Part shown: positions 56,894 to 64,000 of the stretch, one piece after another
Layout: each line of letters starts with the position of its first letter
Numbering within the stretch: position 1 is the first letter of the stretch
Virus record (IMG/VR): IMGVR_UViG_3300020420_001038
Coordinates: 1-64,000 of that record
Origin: a virus
DNA length: 64,000 nucleotides
Reading direction: 5' to 3' (one strand)
Position numbers and translations under genes: made by a program
Notes under the pieces: generated by a model
What the model saw: the letters and a program-made list of their open reading frames with translations, nothing else
Told to the model about the DNA's origin: nothing
Databases searched by the model: none

Positions 56894-59800
56894 TAATCTA
56901 TTGCCAGTGCTGTGACACTGTCTCCTGAGTTTAATTTAATTCTTACTAGTATATTGTTACCTGTGGCGTTTGTTCCATTTTCAGTACCTAAAGTAAATGT
57001 AAATTCTTGTCCGGAATATGTTGTTCCATCCACCACCCTGTCACCAGAGTTGAATGCACAACCATTGGATCCATTTCCGCCTGCACCTGTGTTCGATCCT
57101 GGTACCCCCGATCCACCATAAGTGGTAGAACAATCTAGCCAACCGTTCAAACCAGAGGCATTATCGATTGCTGTACCCGGCGCCGCAATGAACATTCCTG
57201 AAACTTTACCTGACATTGTAACATTAAAGTTGGCCACATTACTTCTTCTAAATGCAAAAGTAAAGTACTGTGCCTCTCCTCCATTCCGACCTGTATTTAA
57301 ATCTGGTCCTACCGGAAGATATCCACTGCTTAAATCCGTTGTGAAGTGAGATATTGTTCCAAATCGCGAAATAGCCTCGTTGGTTCCCGCCACAGTAACC
57401 GCTCCAGACCATGCTGAATCAGTGTAGTAATTGGCATTAGATGAATCAAATAGTGATGGAGTGTCACTGTTTAGGGAACCAAACCCTGCTATCCTTACCG
57501 CATCGTCATCAAACGTTGCGCCTAAAGAATCTGATACTGTGATACCGCCTGCTTCGTTGTCTAGACTTAACAATGATGCTCGGTACACCTGAATTTTTGT
57601 TGCAGAACTGTTATAACTTCCAGTTCCGTTTGCGTTTTTACTTCTTGCTCTAATTGTTTTTACTGCCCTCACACTGTCACTGGTGATAGGCACACTTAAA
57701 TTTCCTATTGTGTATGCACTTGATACACCAATGTCAACTTTTGGTGTGCTACCACTTAACATTGTGGTAGATCCATCTACCTGTGTGTATGTGTATGCCG
57801 AATCTGTTATTACATCGCCGGATGTGGATTCTTGGTTGGTATCGTTGTGTACTTGGTGAGGTGAGTTTGTATCTTGAAATGCTTGTCCGGTGAAGTTAGC
57901 AATCGTAGTTCCTGATACTTGTAGTGTTGGAGAACCAGTGTTGTAATAAGGCACACCAGAAATATATCTTAATGATCCTGCACTTGATTGAGATACAGTA
58001 CCAATAGTTGTGGTTGGAGTTGCAGTTACATCATCTCTTACAACATGCACTATGTTTGTGTTCCCACCTGCTGTGCTTTCTATTCGTTGTGCATTTGATC
58101 CAATAGAATATGTTGACAATGCCTGTGTAATTTTTGCAGTTGCCACTAAAAACATTCTTTGTGGGAAAGATGCGACTTCGTCTGCATCTCTGTGGTTGGT
58201 TACAACTAAACTTGTGAATGTTGCATTATTTGAGCCACCCTCTGAAGTTGTAAATGTCCTGTTACCTCTGTCGGCATTATTAATTTTTGCTGTCACTGTT
58301 TGGTTAACAGTTGATCCTGTACCATTTGAATTATTAGTTAAGAAGTTCGTACATGTGTTTGTGTCAATTGTACCACTTGTATAACGTCTTGCAGTTGTTG
58401 TGTTTAATGAATCACCTGCTGACTGAGATGTAAACGAACTGGAATTATCAGTGAATCCATGGCAAAGTTTTGGTGATGTACCTTGTGCAGAATCACTTAA
58501 TGTCAAACTTTTTGTAGATAAGTTTGCTGGTGCACTTGGCGTAGCATTCATTGTAAAAGTTATTGTTTCGTTGTCATTTTGGTGTATTGTGTCGGGTGTA
58601 CCTGTTGCTCTAAAATCTGTTGTGAAACTTCCTGTGGATGTGCCTGTGAAGTTTTTAGATAAGTTTACGCCAACCACTCCTGCTGTTGACCCATCCTCAC
58701 CAATTGATAAAACATCACTGGAGTCGTTGAGGAAATCATACTCATAATTGTCGCCATTCTGTGAACTATTAGTAAAGTTTACCAATGCTCTGTTGGCACC
58801 ATCTAGGTCTGTTACGTCATATAAATCTAATCCGTTGTCTCCAGATTTTGTTGATACAATAGGCGTTGTTGCTGTAAGCACTGCTCTCACGTCTGGTTCA
58901 ACCACAATGTTTGTTATCGCACTTGTGAATGTTCCTGTCGAATGTCCGTTGTTCAAAACTAATTTTACAGGATAAGTGGTTGTAGATCCCACAGTTCCTG
59001 ATCCTGACTGTGTGAAGCCAAATGTTTTAGAAATTGTTTGATCGGTGTCTCCGGATGAACCTGTGCCAATATTCACAGTTGTTTGCGTTGAGTCATCTGT
59101 AAAGTCCCATTGGTATTGCTGTGTTGCACTGAAACTTGAATTTGCACCAGGATTCGTATCGGTTCCGTTGATAAAAGTTCTAGGAAATCCTGAAGTGCCT
59201 TCTTCGTTGACTCCTCTTAATGTTGAGTCTGCTATATCAATTTTTGGAGTATGTGTTGAATACACTTCAAAATTTGAATTGGTGCTTTGCGGAATTTGTT
59301 CTGGCGCCGCACTTGGATGACTTAACAATGTTAACCTAATATTATATTTTGTATCACCTGCTCCTGTACCAGCAACAGTTGATCCATCATCTGTGGCACT
59401 GTTTGTATAGGTGTGAGATAAGTTGTTGCCTGCCCCACCTCCAGCGGCATTATTATTTGCAATCGACTCTGTTGTGCCGTCTCCCCAATCAACTGAATAT
59501 GTACAAGCACTAACACTGTTTGTGGTATTATTTTGTAAGAAAACTGTACTTCCTGAATCTGTTTTTGTTATTGCACTGCCACCATTTCGTGTTGCTGAAG
59601 TTCTGATTGCAAAAGCAACTGCCGGTGCTGGAGTGGCCACTGCAATATAATCTGTTCTTGTAAAGGTTGCAAAACTTCCTGCCGAGTCTGTTGTTGCTGT
59701 ATTGTTAAATGCTTTGACTGTCACATCCATTGGTGTATTTGTTGCGTCATCATAGACGTGAGTAGGACTTGTGGTCGTTACCGTTTCACTATCTCCATCT

Positions 59801-60588
59801 CCCCACGTGATAGTGTATCGGTTTGCACCTCCACCCACTGTTGTGATTGTTAGTGTAACGGTGTCGCCCTCTGATATTGATGTTGTATTTGCTGTGAACG
59901 TAACACTTTTCACGTAAGTTGAGTTACGTATGTTCTCCATTGTTTCGTTAAGTCCGTCCACTGCTTCTGTAATTTTAGTTGAGTTTCCTATTGTAGTGAG
60001 TGCTCCATCACCATATGTTGAGTCCACAGGAGCACCTAAATCTGTATTTGCTCCTGTAATTGTTCCACTACTAGATAATGTGGAAATTGTGTTGTCTATG
60101 TAATTTTTTGTTGCGGCATCCGAATTCGATGTTGGCTCTCCAATTTGTATTTTTTGTAAAGTAACACTTGTCAAATCTGTTCTTGTGGATCCGTCCGAAG
60201 TTGTTGTACCAAACTTAAATTTATCCTCTGTTTCATCCCAGAAAAATACAGCAGGATCTTGCGATGACCCTCTGTTGATCATTATGCCTGAGTCTGTATC
60301 GGCAGATGCATTTTGATTTATTGTTAAAATATTATCTTCAACTGACAAGTTTTGTGAGTCAATTGAGGTAGTGGTACCTTGGACAATAAGGTCACCTGTT
60401 ACTGTTTGGTTTCCTGATATTCTAGTGTTACCCGATACATCTAGTGCAAAATTACCAGGCGTATTGGTATTGACACCTATACGTCCATTTTGTACATCTA
60501 AGTAGAGCAATTGGCCGTTGAAAGCCAAATCCGTGCTACGGATAAGATTTGATTCTAATAATTCACCTGCTATCTTTGTTATTGCCAT
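56893..60588 (-). CDS. Large PKD/Ig-like domain fibre or appendage protein
   Basis: MAITKI N-terminal module, AATKNYID, repeated WGDG PKD motifs, very Ser/Thr-rich. Confidence 0.75.
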   Translation of the reverse strand: MAITKIAGELLESNLIRSTDLAFNGQLLYLDVQNGRIGVNTNTPGNFALDVSGNTRISGNQTVTGDLIVQGTTTSIDSQNLSVEDNILTINQNASADTDSGIMINRGSSQDPAVFFWDETEDKFKFGTTTSDGSTRTDLTSVTLQKIQIGEPTSNSDAATKNYIDNTISTLSSSGTITGANTDLGAPVDSTYGDGALTTIGNSTKITEAVDGLNETMENIRNSTYVKSVTFTANTTSISEGDTVTLTITTVGGGANRYTITWGDGDSETVTTTSPTHVYDDATNTPMDVTVKAFNNTATTDSAGSFATFTRTDYIAVATPAPAVAFAIRTSATRNGGSAITKTDSGSTVFLQNNTTNSVSACTYSVDWGDGTTESIANNNAAGGGAGNNLSHTYTNSATDDGSTVAGTGAGDTKYNIRLTLLSHPSAAPEQIPQSTNSNFEVYSTHTPKIDIADSTLRGVNEEGTSGFPRTFINGTDTNPGANSSFSATQQYQWDFTDDSTQTTVNIGTGSSGDTDQTISKTFGFTQSGSGTVGSTTTYPVKLVLNNGHSTGTFTSAITNIVVEPDVRAVLTATTPIVSTKSGDNGLDLYDVTDLDGANRALVNFTNSSQNGDNYEYDFLNDSSDVLSIGEDGSTAGVVGVNLSKNFTGTSTGSFTTDFRATGTPDTIHQNDNETITFTMNATPSAPANLSTKSLTLSDSAQGTSPKLCHGFTDNSSSFTSQSAGDSLNTTTARRYTSGTIDTNTCTNFLTNNSNGTGSTVNQTVTAKINNADRGNRTFTTSEGGSNNATFTSLVVTNHRDADEVASFPQRMFLVATAKITQALSTYSIGSNAQRIESTAGGNTNIVHVVRDDVTATPTTTIGTVSQSSAGSLRYISGVPYYNTGSPTLQVSGTTIANFTGQAFQDTNSPHQVHNDTNQESTSGDVITDSAYTYTQVDGSTTMLSGSTPKVDIGVSSAYTIGNLSVPITSDSVRAVKTIRARSKNANGTGSYNSSATKIQVYRASLLSLDNEAGGITVSDSLGATFDDDAVRIAGFGSLNSDTPSLFDSSNANYYTDSAWSGAVTVAGTNEAISRFGTISHFTTDLSSGYLPVGPDLNTGRNGGEAQYFTFAFRRSNVANFNVTMSGKVSGMFIAAPGTAIDNASGLNGWLDCSTTYGGSGVPGSNTGAGGNGSNGCAFNSGDRVVDGTTYSGQEFTFTLGTENGTNATGNNILVRIKLNSGDSVTALAID

Positions 60589-60651
60589 AATACTACTTTG
60601 ATATTTACCAATTATTCATATGACTACAAACTAGCACTAAATAATCATTAT

Positions 60652-61521
60652 ATGGCACTATTACCTATTAATAAAATTGAAAAAGTATCAAAGTCACGTA
60701 TATCTGTGCAACAGGTAGATGTATTTGAAAATTCAATAAGTGGCGATGCAATCACAGGCGGAAGAATAACAGACTTCGCAAGTTCGGGTATACACGACAA
60801 AGCGGACTCGGTGCAATTGGTTATTGAAAATGACCATATAGAGGTTGCAAAAGACCTGCACATCAAAGGCACAGTGAAAGTAGAGAACTTACAATACGTT
60901 CAAGCACAGGTTCCGAAACTGAATGTGACTGATGCAATAATGATTGATCATAACGAAGTGATATGGAAGGATAGATTAGGCAAGTCTGTCAAAAAGAGTT
61001 ACATAGAAGAGTTAGGAATTTTACGGAATCTACAAGTTTCAAGGAACAATTTTTATGTCGCGGATGGTAGAGTAGGTGTTAATACAACGGCACCATCTGC
61101 AGATTTTTCAGTTAACTCCGGAGGATATGAAATTATTACAACAATGCAAGAGTCAAATGCATTTGTTGGTACGCATTCGCACGTTGCCTTCGCAATTGGA
61201 ACAGATAACACACCAAGATTGACTTGTAGAGCAAACGGAGATGTTGTTGTTGGATCCGAAAGTGGGAAGCCTGTAAATCTAAATGTATATGGACAAATGG
61301 GTATTGGTGTGAAATATCCCCAAGAAAGTTTACATGTTGATGGCAACATTAAATTTGCCGAAAGAACATTCGCATCAGGCGAACAAGCACCAAATGATGG
61401 ACGTTGGGACACAGGGTCTATTGTATGGAATGAAAAGCCTGAATTGAACAAACCAGTTGGTTGGGTATGCTTCAAAGGTGGCAAGCCTGGTGCCTGGAGA
61501 CCTTTTGGATTAATTTACTAA
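60652..61521 (+). CDS. Virion structural protein (beta-repeat)
   Basis: RVGVNT and GIGV...LHVDGNI repeats, GWVC...G.WRPFG; start MALLP follows a TAAATA. Confidence 0.6.
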   Translation: MALLPINKIEKVSKSRISVQQVDVFENSISGDAITGGRITDFASSGIHDKADSVQLVIENDHIEVAKDLHIKGTVKVENLQYVQAQVPKLNVTDAIMIDHNEVIWKDRLGKSVKKSYIEELGILRNLQVSRNNFYVADGRVGVNTTAPSADFSVNSGGYEIITTMQESNAFVGTHSHVAFAIGTDNTPRLTCRANGDVVVGSESGKPVNLNVYGQMGIGVKYPQESLHVDGNIKFAERTFASGEQAPNDGRWDTGSIVWNEKPELNKPVGWVCFKGGKPGAWRPFGLIY

Positions 61522-61534
61522 AAAAATATTAGAT

Positions 61535-62020
61535 TTATTCGCCGAGTTTGTTGAGACCATGGACTATTGTGATTATATGTCCGCTTGTTGCACCATCATT
61601 GGCAGGTGGCGCTGAACCAAAAGTCATTGTGGCTGTTGTGCCTGATCCTGATATAGTATAGTTTGTTGTTGGAACCTGATATACTCCGCCAATAAACACT
61701 AAAATATCAGTGGGATCACTAACTCCTACTGAGAATGTTGCACCTGGACCATCGAAAGACGCCAAGTCAAGTCCGCCGCCGTTTCCAAAAGTTGTTGTTG
61801 TGCCGTCACCTTGAAACTTATCAATAGTAATTGTTTTCTCTCTTGACGATTCTGATATGTTGTACCATTCAGAACCATTGTAGACTTGATATGTTGAAGT
61901 TGTTGTGTTAAAAACTAACTGACCATTTACACCTGCTGGCCTTTGAGCAGTCGTTACATTTGGAATAGTGATACCAAATGCATTGTCTCCTACCAATGGG
62001 TTTTTTACAAATCTACCCAT
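61535..62020 (-). CDS. Small virion structural protein
   Basis: IPNVTTAQRP and GDGTTTTF...VFIGGVYQ modules shared with neighbouring genes. Confidence 0.65.
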   Translation of the reverse strand: MGRFVKNPLVGDNAFGITIPNVTTAQRPAGVNGQLVFNTTTSTYQVYNGSEWYNISESSREKTITIDKFQGDGTTTTFGNGGGLDLASFDGPGATFSVGVSDPTDILVFIGGVYQVPTTNYTISGSGTTATMTFGSAPPANDGATSGHIITIVHGLNKLGE

Positions 62021-62025
62021 GGTTA

Positions 62026-62340
62026 TTATAATCCTATAGTTGAGATTGTTGCGTTGAACTGTGCCGCCGAATCTGGTGCCGCAATATAAATTTTTGCACC
62101 TGTTTCCAATATCATTTTTTCTGTGTCAATGATATACGTGTCTCTGGCCTTAACTGTCAGTTGTGAATAGATTAGATGATTAGCACTCACTGATGCACCA
62201 TTAGGACACACATAAACGTCAATTGTGCCATCACCGTCTGTTTTGTTTGTGATGTAGATTACTGTCACTGCCGTGTCCGCAGTTGCCGTAAATGCCGCTG
62301 ATCCTAACCCTGTTCCAACTTGATAATTTGTTATTGCCAT
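62026..62340 (-). CDS. Small beta-sandwich virion protein
   Basis: 104-aa ORF with EKMILETG pattern, within the structural operon. Confidence 0.6.
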   Translation of the reverse strand: MAITNYQVGTGLGSAAFTATADTAVTVIYITNKTDGDGTIDVYVCPNGASVSANHLIYSQLTVKARDTYIIDTEKMILETGAKIYIAAPDSAAQFNATISTIGL

Positions 62341-62343
62341 ATT

Positions 62344-63195
62344 TTATCCCAATGCAATGGCCAATGCCGTTGCTTTGCTTTTACTTATCAGTTCTCCTAC
62401 AGCGCCAGAGCCAATGTTAGAGTTCCTAAAATACAATCCTGTACCACCGCCTCCTGCTGTTTTGTTATAAACTTTTGTTTGTGTTGTTGCCGCTGGATCC
62501 GAGGCCATTGCGGAAAATGTCAATATATCATTGATCACAATGTGCCCTGTACCGTTTGCTTTTAATTCTAAATTACCATTTGAGGCATCTGATGTGATTG
62601 ATGTAATGCCTGTCAAATCATTATTCAAATTGAATGTTATTGAATCTGCCCCAACCACAGTGGTGTTAGATATATTTGAACCACCAAGTAGTTGTAAAGT
62701 GTCTGATGAACCACCTATTGAAACAACAGAAGAATCATCTCCTGCTATTTGAACTGTTGATGCCGCTGTGTTGTCCACATAAGTTTTTGTTGCCGCATCC
62801 GAACCATTAGTAGGTTCTGCAATTCTTATGTTTGCTAATGCTGTGTCTGTGATTGCATTACCAGAACCATCTGATGTTGTTGCGACTGCTTTGAAAACAT
62901 TATCACCCTCGTTCCAATAAAAAGCAACATTGTTGCCTGCTTGATATCCTGATTGTCCTGATCTATTGATCATTATACCTGCATCAACGTCTGCACCTGA
63001 ATTATTTCTTGCTAAAATTATTTGTGCGTCTTCTACCGATAGAGTTGCAGTGTTTAAAGTTGTGTTTGTACCATCAACTACAAAATCTCCCATTACTCTG
63101 AGAGTTTTAGAGTCTACAAATACGGTGTTTGAACCACTCGCACCTGTGCCCGTTTTAATTGTATAATCTCCTGAAGTACGTAAATGCTTTGCCAT
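62344..63195 (-). CDS. Virion structural protein
   Basis: LSVEDAQIIL, AATKTYVD and a C-terminal ATALAIALG. Confidence 0.65.
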   Translation of the reverse strand: MAKHLRTSGDYTIKTGTGASGSNTVFVDSKTLRVMGDFVVDGTNTTLNTATLSVEDAQIILARNNSGADVDAGIMINRSGQSGYQAGNNVAFYWNEGDNVFKAVATTSDGSGNAITDTALANIRIAEPTNGSDAATKTYVDNTAASTVQIAGDDSSVVSIGGSSDTLQLLGGSNISNTTVVGADSITFNLNNDLTGITSITSDASNGNLELKANGTGHIVINDILTFSAMASDPAATTQTKVYNKTAGGGGTGLYFRNSNIGSGAVGELISKSKATALAIALG

Positions 63196-63215
63196 TTGCT
63201 ATTATTTATGTAAAG

Positions 63216-63242
63216 AATAGGGGAGCATTGAACTCCCCTATT
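63216..63242 (-). terminator. Probable terminator hairpin
   Basis: Perfect 10-bp stem AATAGGGGAG/CTCCCCTATT after the stop of 63263-63679; weak U-tail. Confidence 0.6.
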
Positions 63243-63262
63243 ATAAGCACGTGTCGAGTTGA

Positions 63263-63679
63263 TTACTCAGATACGATATCTATGTTACCTTTACCTGACG
63301 CAATTGAACCTTGGATGTCAGTTCCTAATGAATAAGGTACTGATCCTGTGGCACCGCCTGCAGTCACGTAGTGTACTGTGTTGTTGAAAAATTTCTCAAC
63401 ATAAGCAACAGTTGAATCGTCTAATGTAATTTGTACACAGAACTGGTTTGATGTGTTCGCAAGTGATCCTGGTGCTACTGCTTTTAATTCGTAAACTGCT
63501 TCTGTAGAATCATCCAAGTGTATTTTGAATAACTTAGATCCTCTTTGTGAAACAATGTACGCAGTAGTTGAATCAACTTTTGCACCACCAGTTGGTCTGT
63601 AAGCCGTCACCGCAATTTTACCTGCTGTTGAGGCACCAAAGTCTGATACAAATCTATCTTTTCTTATTGGTCTTCCCAT
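63263..63679 (-). CDS. Hypothetical virion protein
   Basis: MGRP start, YIVSQRGSKLF, CAGGAG SD, own late promoter and structured leader. Confidence 0.65.
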   Translation of the reverse strand: MGRPIRKDRFVSDFGASTAGKIAVTAYRPTGGAKVDSTTAYIVSQRGSKLFKIHLDDSTEAVYELKAVAPGSLANTSNQFCVQITLDDSTVAYVEKFFNNTVHYVTAGGATGSVPYSLGTDIQGSIASGKGNIDIVSE

Positions 63680-63695
63680 TTTTTTTCTCCTGTTT

Positions 63696-63767
63696 CAGAG
63701 CCTAATGTGAGTTCTACTCACTACGCGGTTTATTCCGCATAAGTCCGCACTTGGTTGTGCGGCTCTG
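63696..63767 (-). ncRNA. Candidate four-way-junction leader RNA
   Basis: Closing stem CAGAGCC/GGCUCUG encloses three hairpins: GCAC/GUGC, UAUGCGG/CCGCGUA and GUGAG/CUCAC. Confidence 0.55.
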
Positions 63768-63862
63768 TTTGACTGTACGTATTTATGATTTTGTGAGATG
63801 TTTAATGTGTTGCTACAAAGGCCGATTCAAAAAAACTACAATGTCGGCCTTGTATGAAATTA

Positions 63863-63973
63863 TTAACCTTGAACTTCAGGTGCAGGTTGTCCAGACCATA
63901 CTGCCCATCCAATCGCAATGACTACAATGGCAATACCTATCCAAACTTTTTTGCTTTTAAAAAAATTTTTCAT
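63863..63973 (-). CDS. Small single-pass membrane protein (36 aa)
   Basis: Translated by hand (MKNFFKSKKVWIGIAIVVIAIGWAVWSGQPAPEVQG); AGGAG SD and TAAATA upstream. Confidence 0.65.
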   Translation of the reverse strand: MKNFFKSKKVWIGIAIVVIAIGWAVWSGQPAPEVQG

Positions 63974-64000
63974 AATTTGTCTCCTATACTATATTTATTT

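Noticed and set aside
216-63166. Many short antisense ORFs in the supplied track (e.g. 2532-2936, 31693-32121, 37475-37909, 58010-59650)
   Set aside because: They are shadows of well-supported genes on the opposite strand, with no RBS, promoter or motif support.
47837-63679. Diversity-generating retroelement or invertible tail-fibre cassette
   Set aside because: No reverse transcriptase or recombinase is in the window, and no near-identical template/variable repeat pair was seen; the repeats are old and protein-level.
63696-63767. tRNA interpretation of the cloverleaf-like element
   Set aside because: It has a 7-bp closing stem and three arms, but no GUUCRA T-loop, no 7-nt anticodon loop, no D-loop GG and no CCA end.
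63814-63854. Hairpin ACAAGGCCGA/TCGGCCTTTGT as a novel RNA
   Set aside because: It is a single stem with a long loop right after a stop codon, most simply a terminator or stability hairpin.
1-64000. CRISPR array, tRNA or rRNA genes
   Set aside because: No regularly spaced direct repeats or tRNA cloverleaf with T-loop consensus were seen, and intergenic gaps are short. Not confirmed with tRNAscan.
1-64000. Stop-codon reassignment
   Set aside because: Core genes are full length in the standard code, and TAA, TAG and TGA all end genes at sensible positions.

Overview
This AT-rich window comes from a large T4-related myovirus; it is read in the standard genetic code, and I saw no tRNA, rRNA or CRISPR array. 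From left to right it contains: (1) 1-12 kb, a replication/repair block with FkbM methyltransferase, 2OG-Fe(II) oxygenase, endonuclease III, gp41-like helicase, gp61-like primase, a 204-aa mini DnaE/Pol III alpha-like protein, gp62-like clamp loader subunit and UvsW; (2) 12-27.7 kb, an island of glycan-modification genes (four KpsS/KpsC-like paralogs, GT61, several GT-A enzymes, AsnB, SGNH, FkbM-like and 2OG-like proteins) ending in a coupled HAD / sugar-1-P nucleotidyltransferase / HAD / DeoD / GT2 / GT run; (3) 27.7-30.5 kb, uvsY, uvsX and gene 32; (4) 30.5-47.8 kb, head, terminase, tail tube, sheath and neck genes plus dNMP kinase and NUDIX; (5) 47.8-64 kb, a modular Ser/Thr/Gly-rich fibre/appendage cluster. 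The best non-coding signals are a glnA-type glutamine riboswitch with a visible expression platform at about 52.0 kb, two further structured leaders (51.7 and 63.7 kb), and TAAATA late promoters and sigma70 promoters that often imply leaderless mRNAs. All family assignments come from motif recognition by eye; no database search was run. A marine, possibly alphaproteobacterial, host is an inference only.
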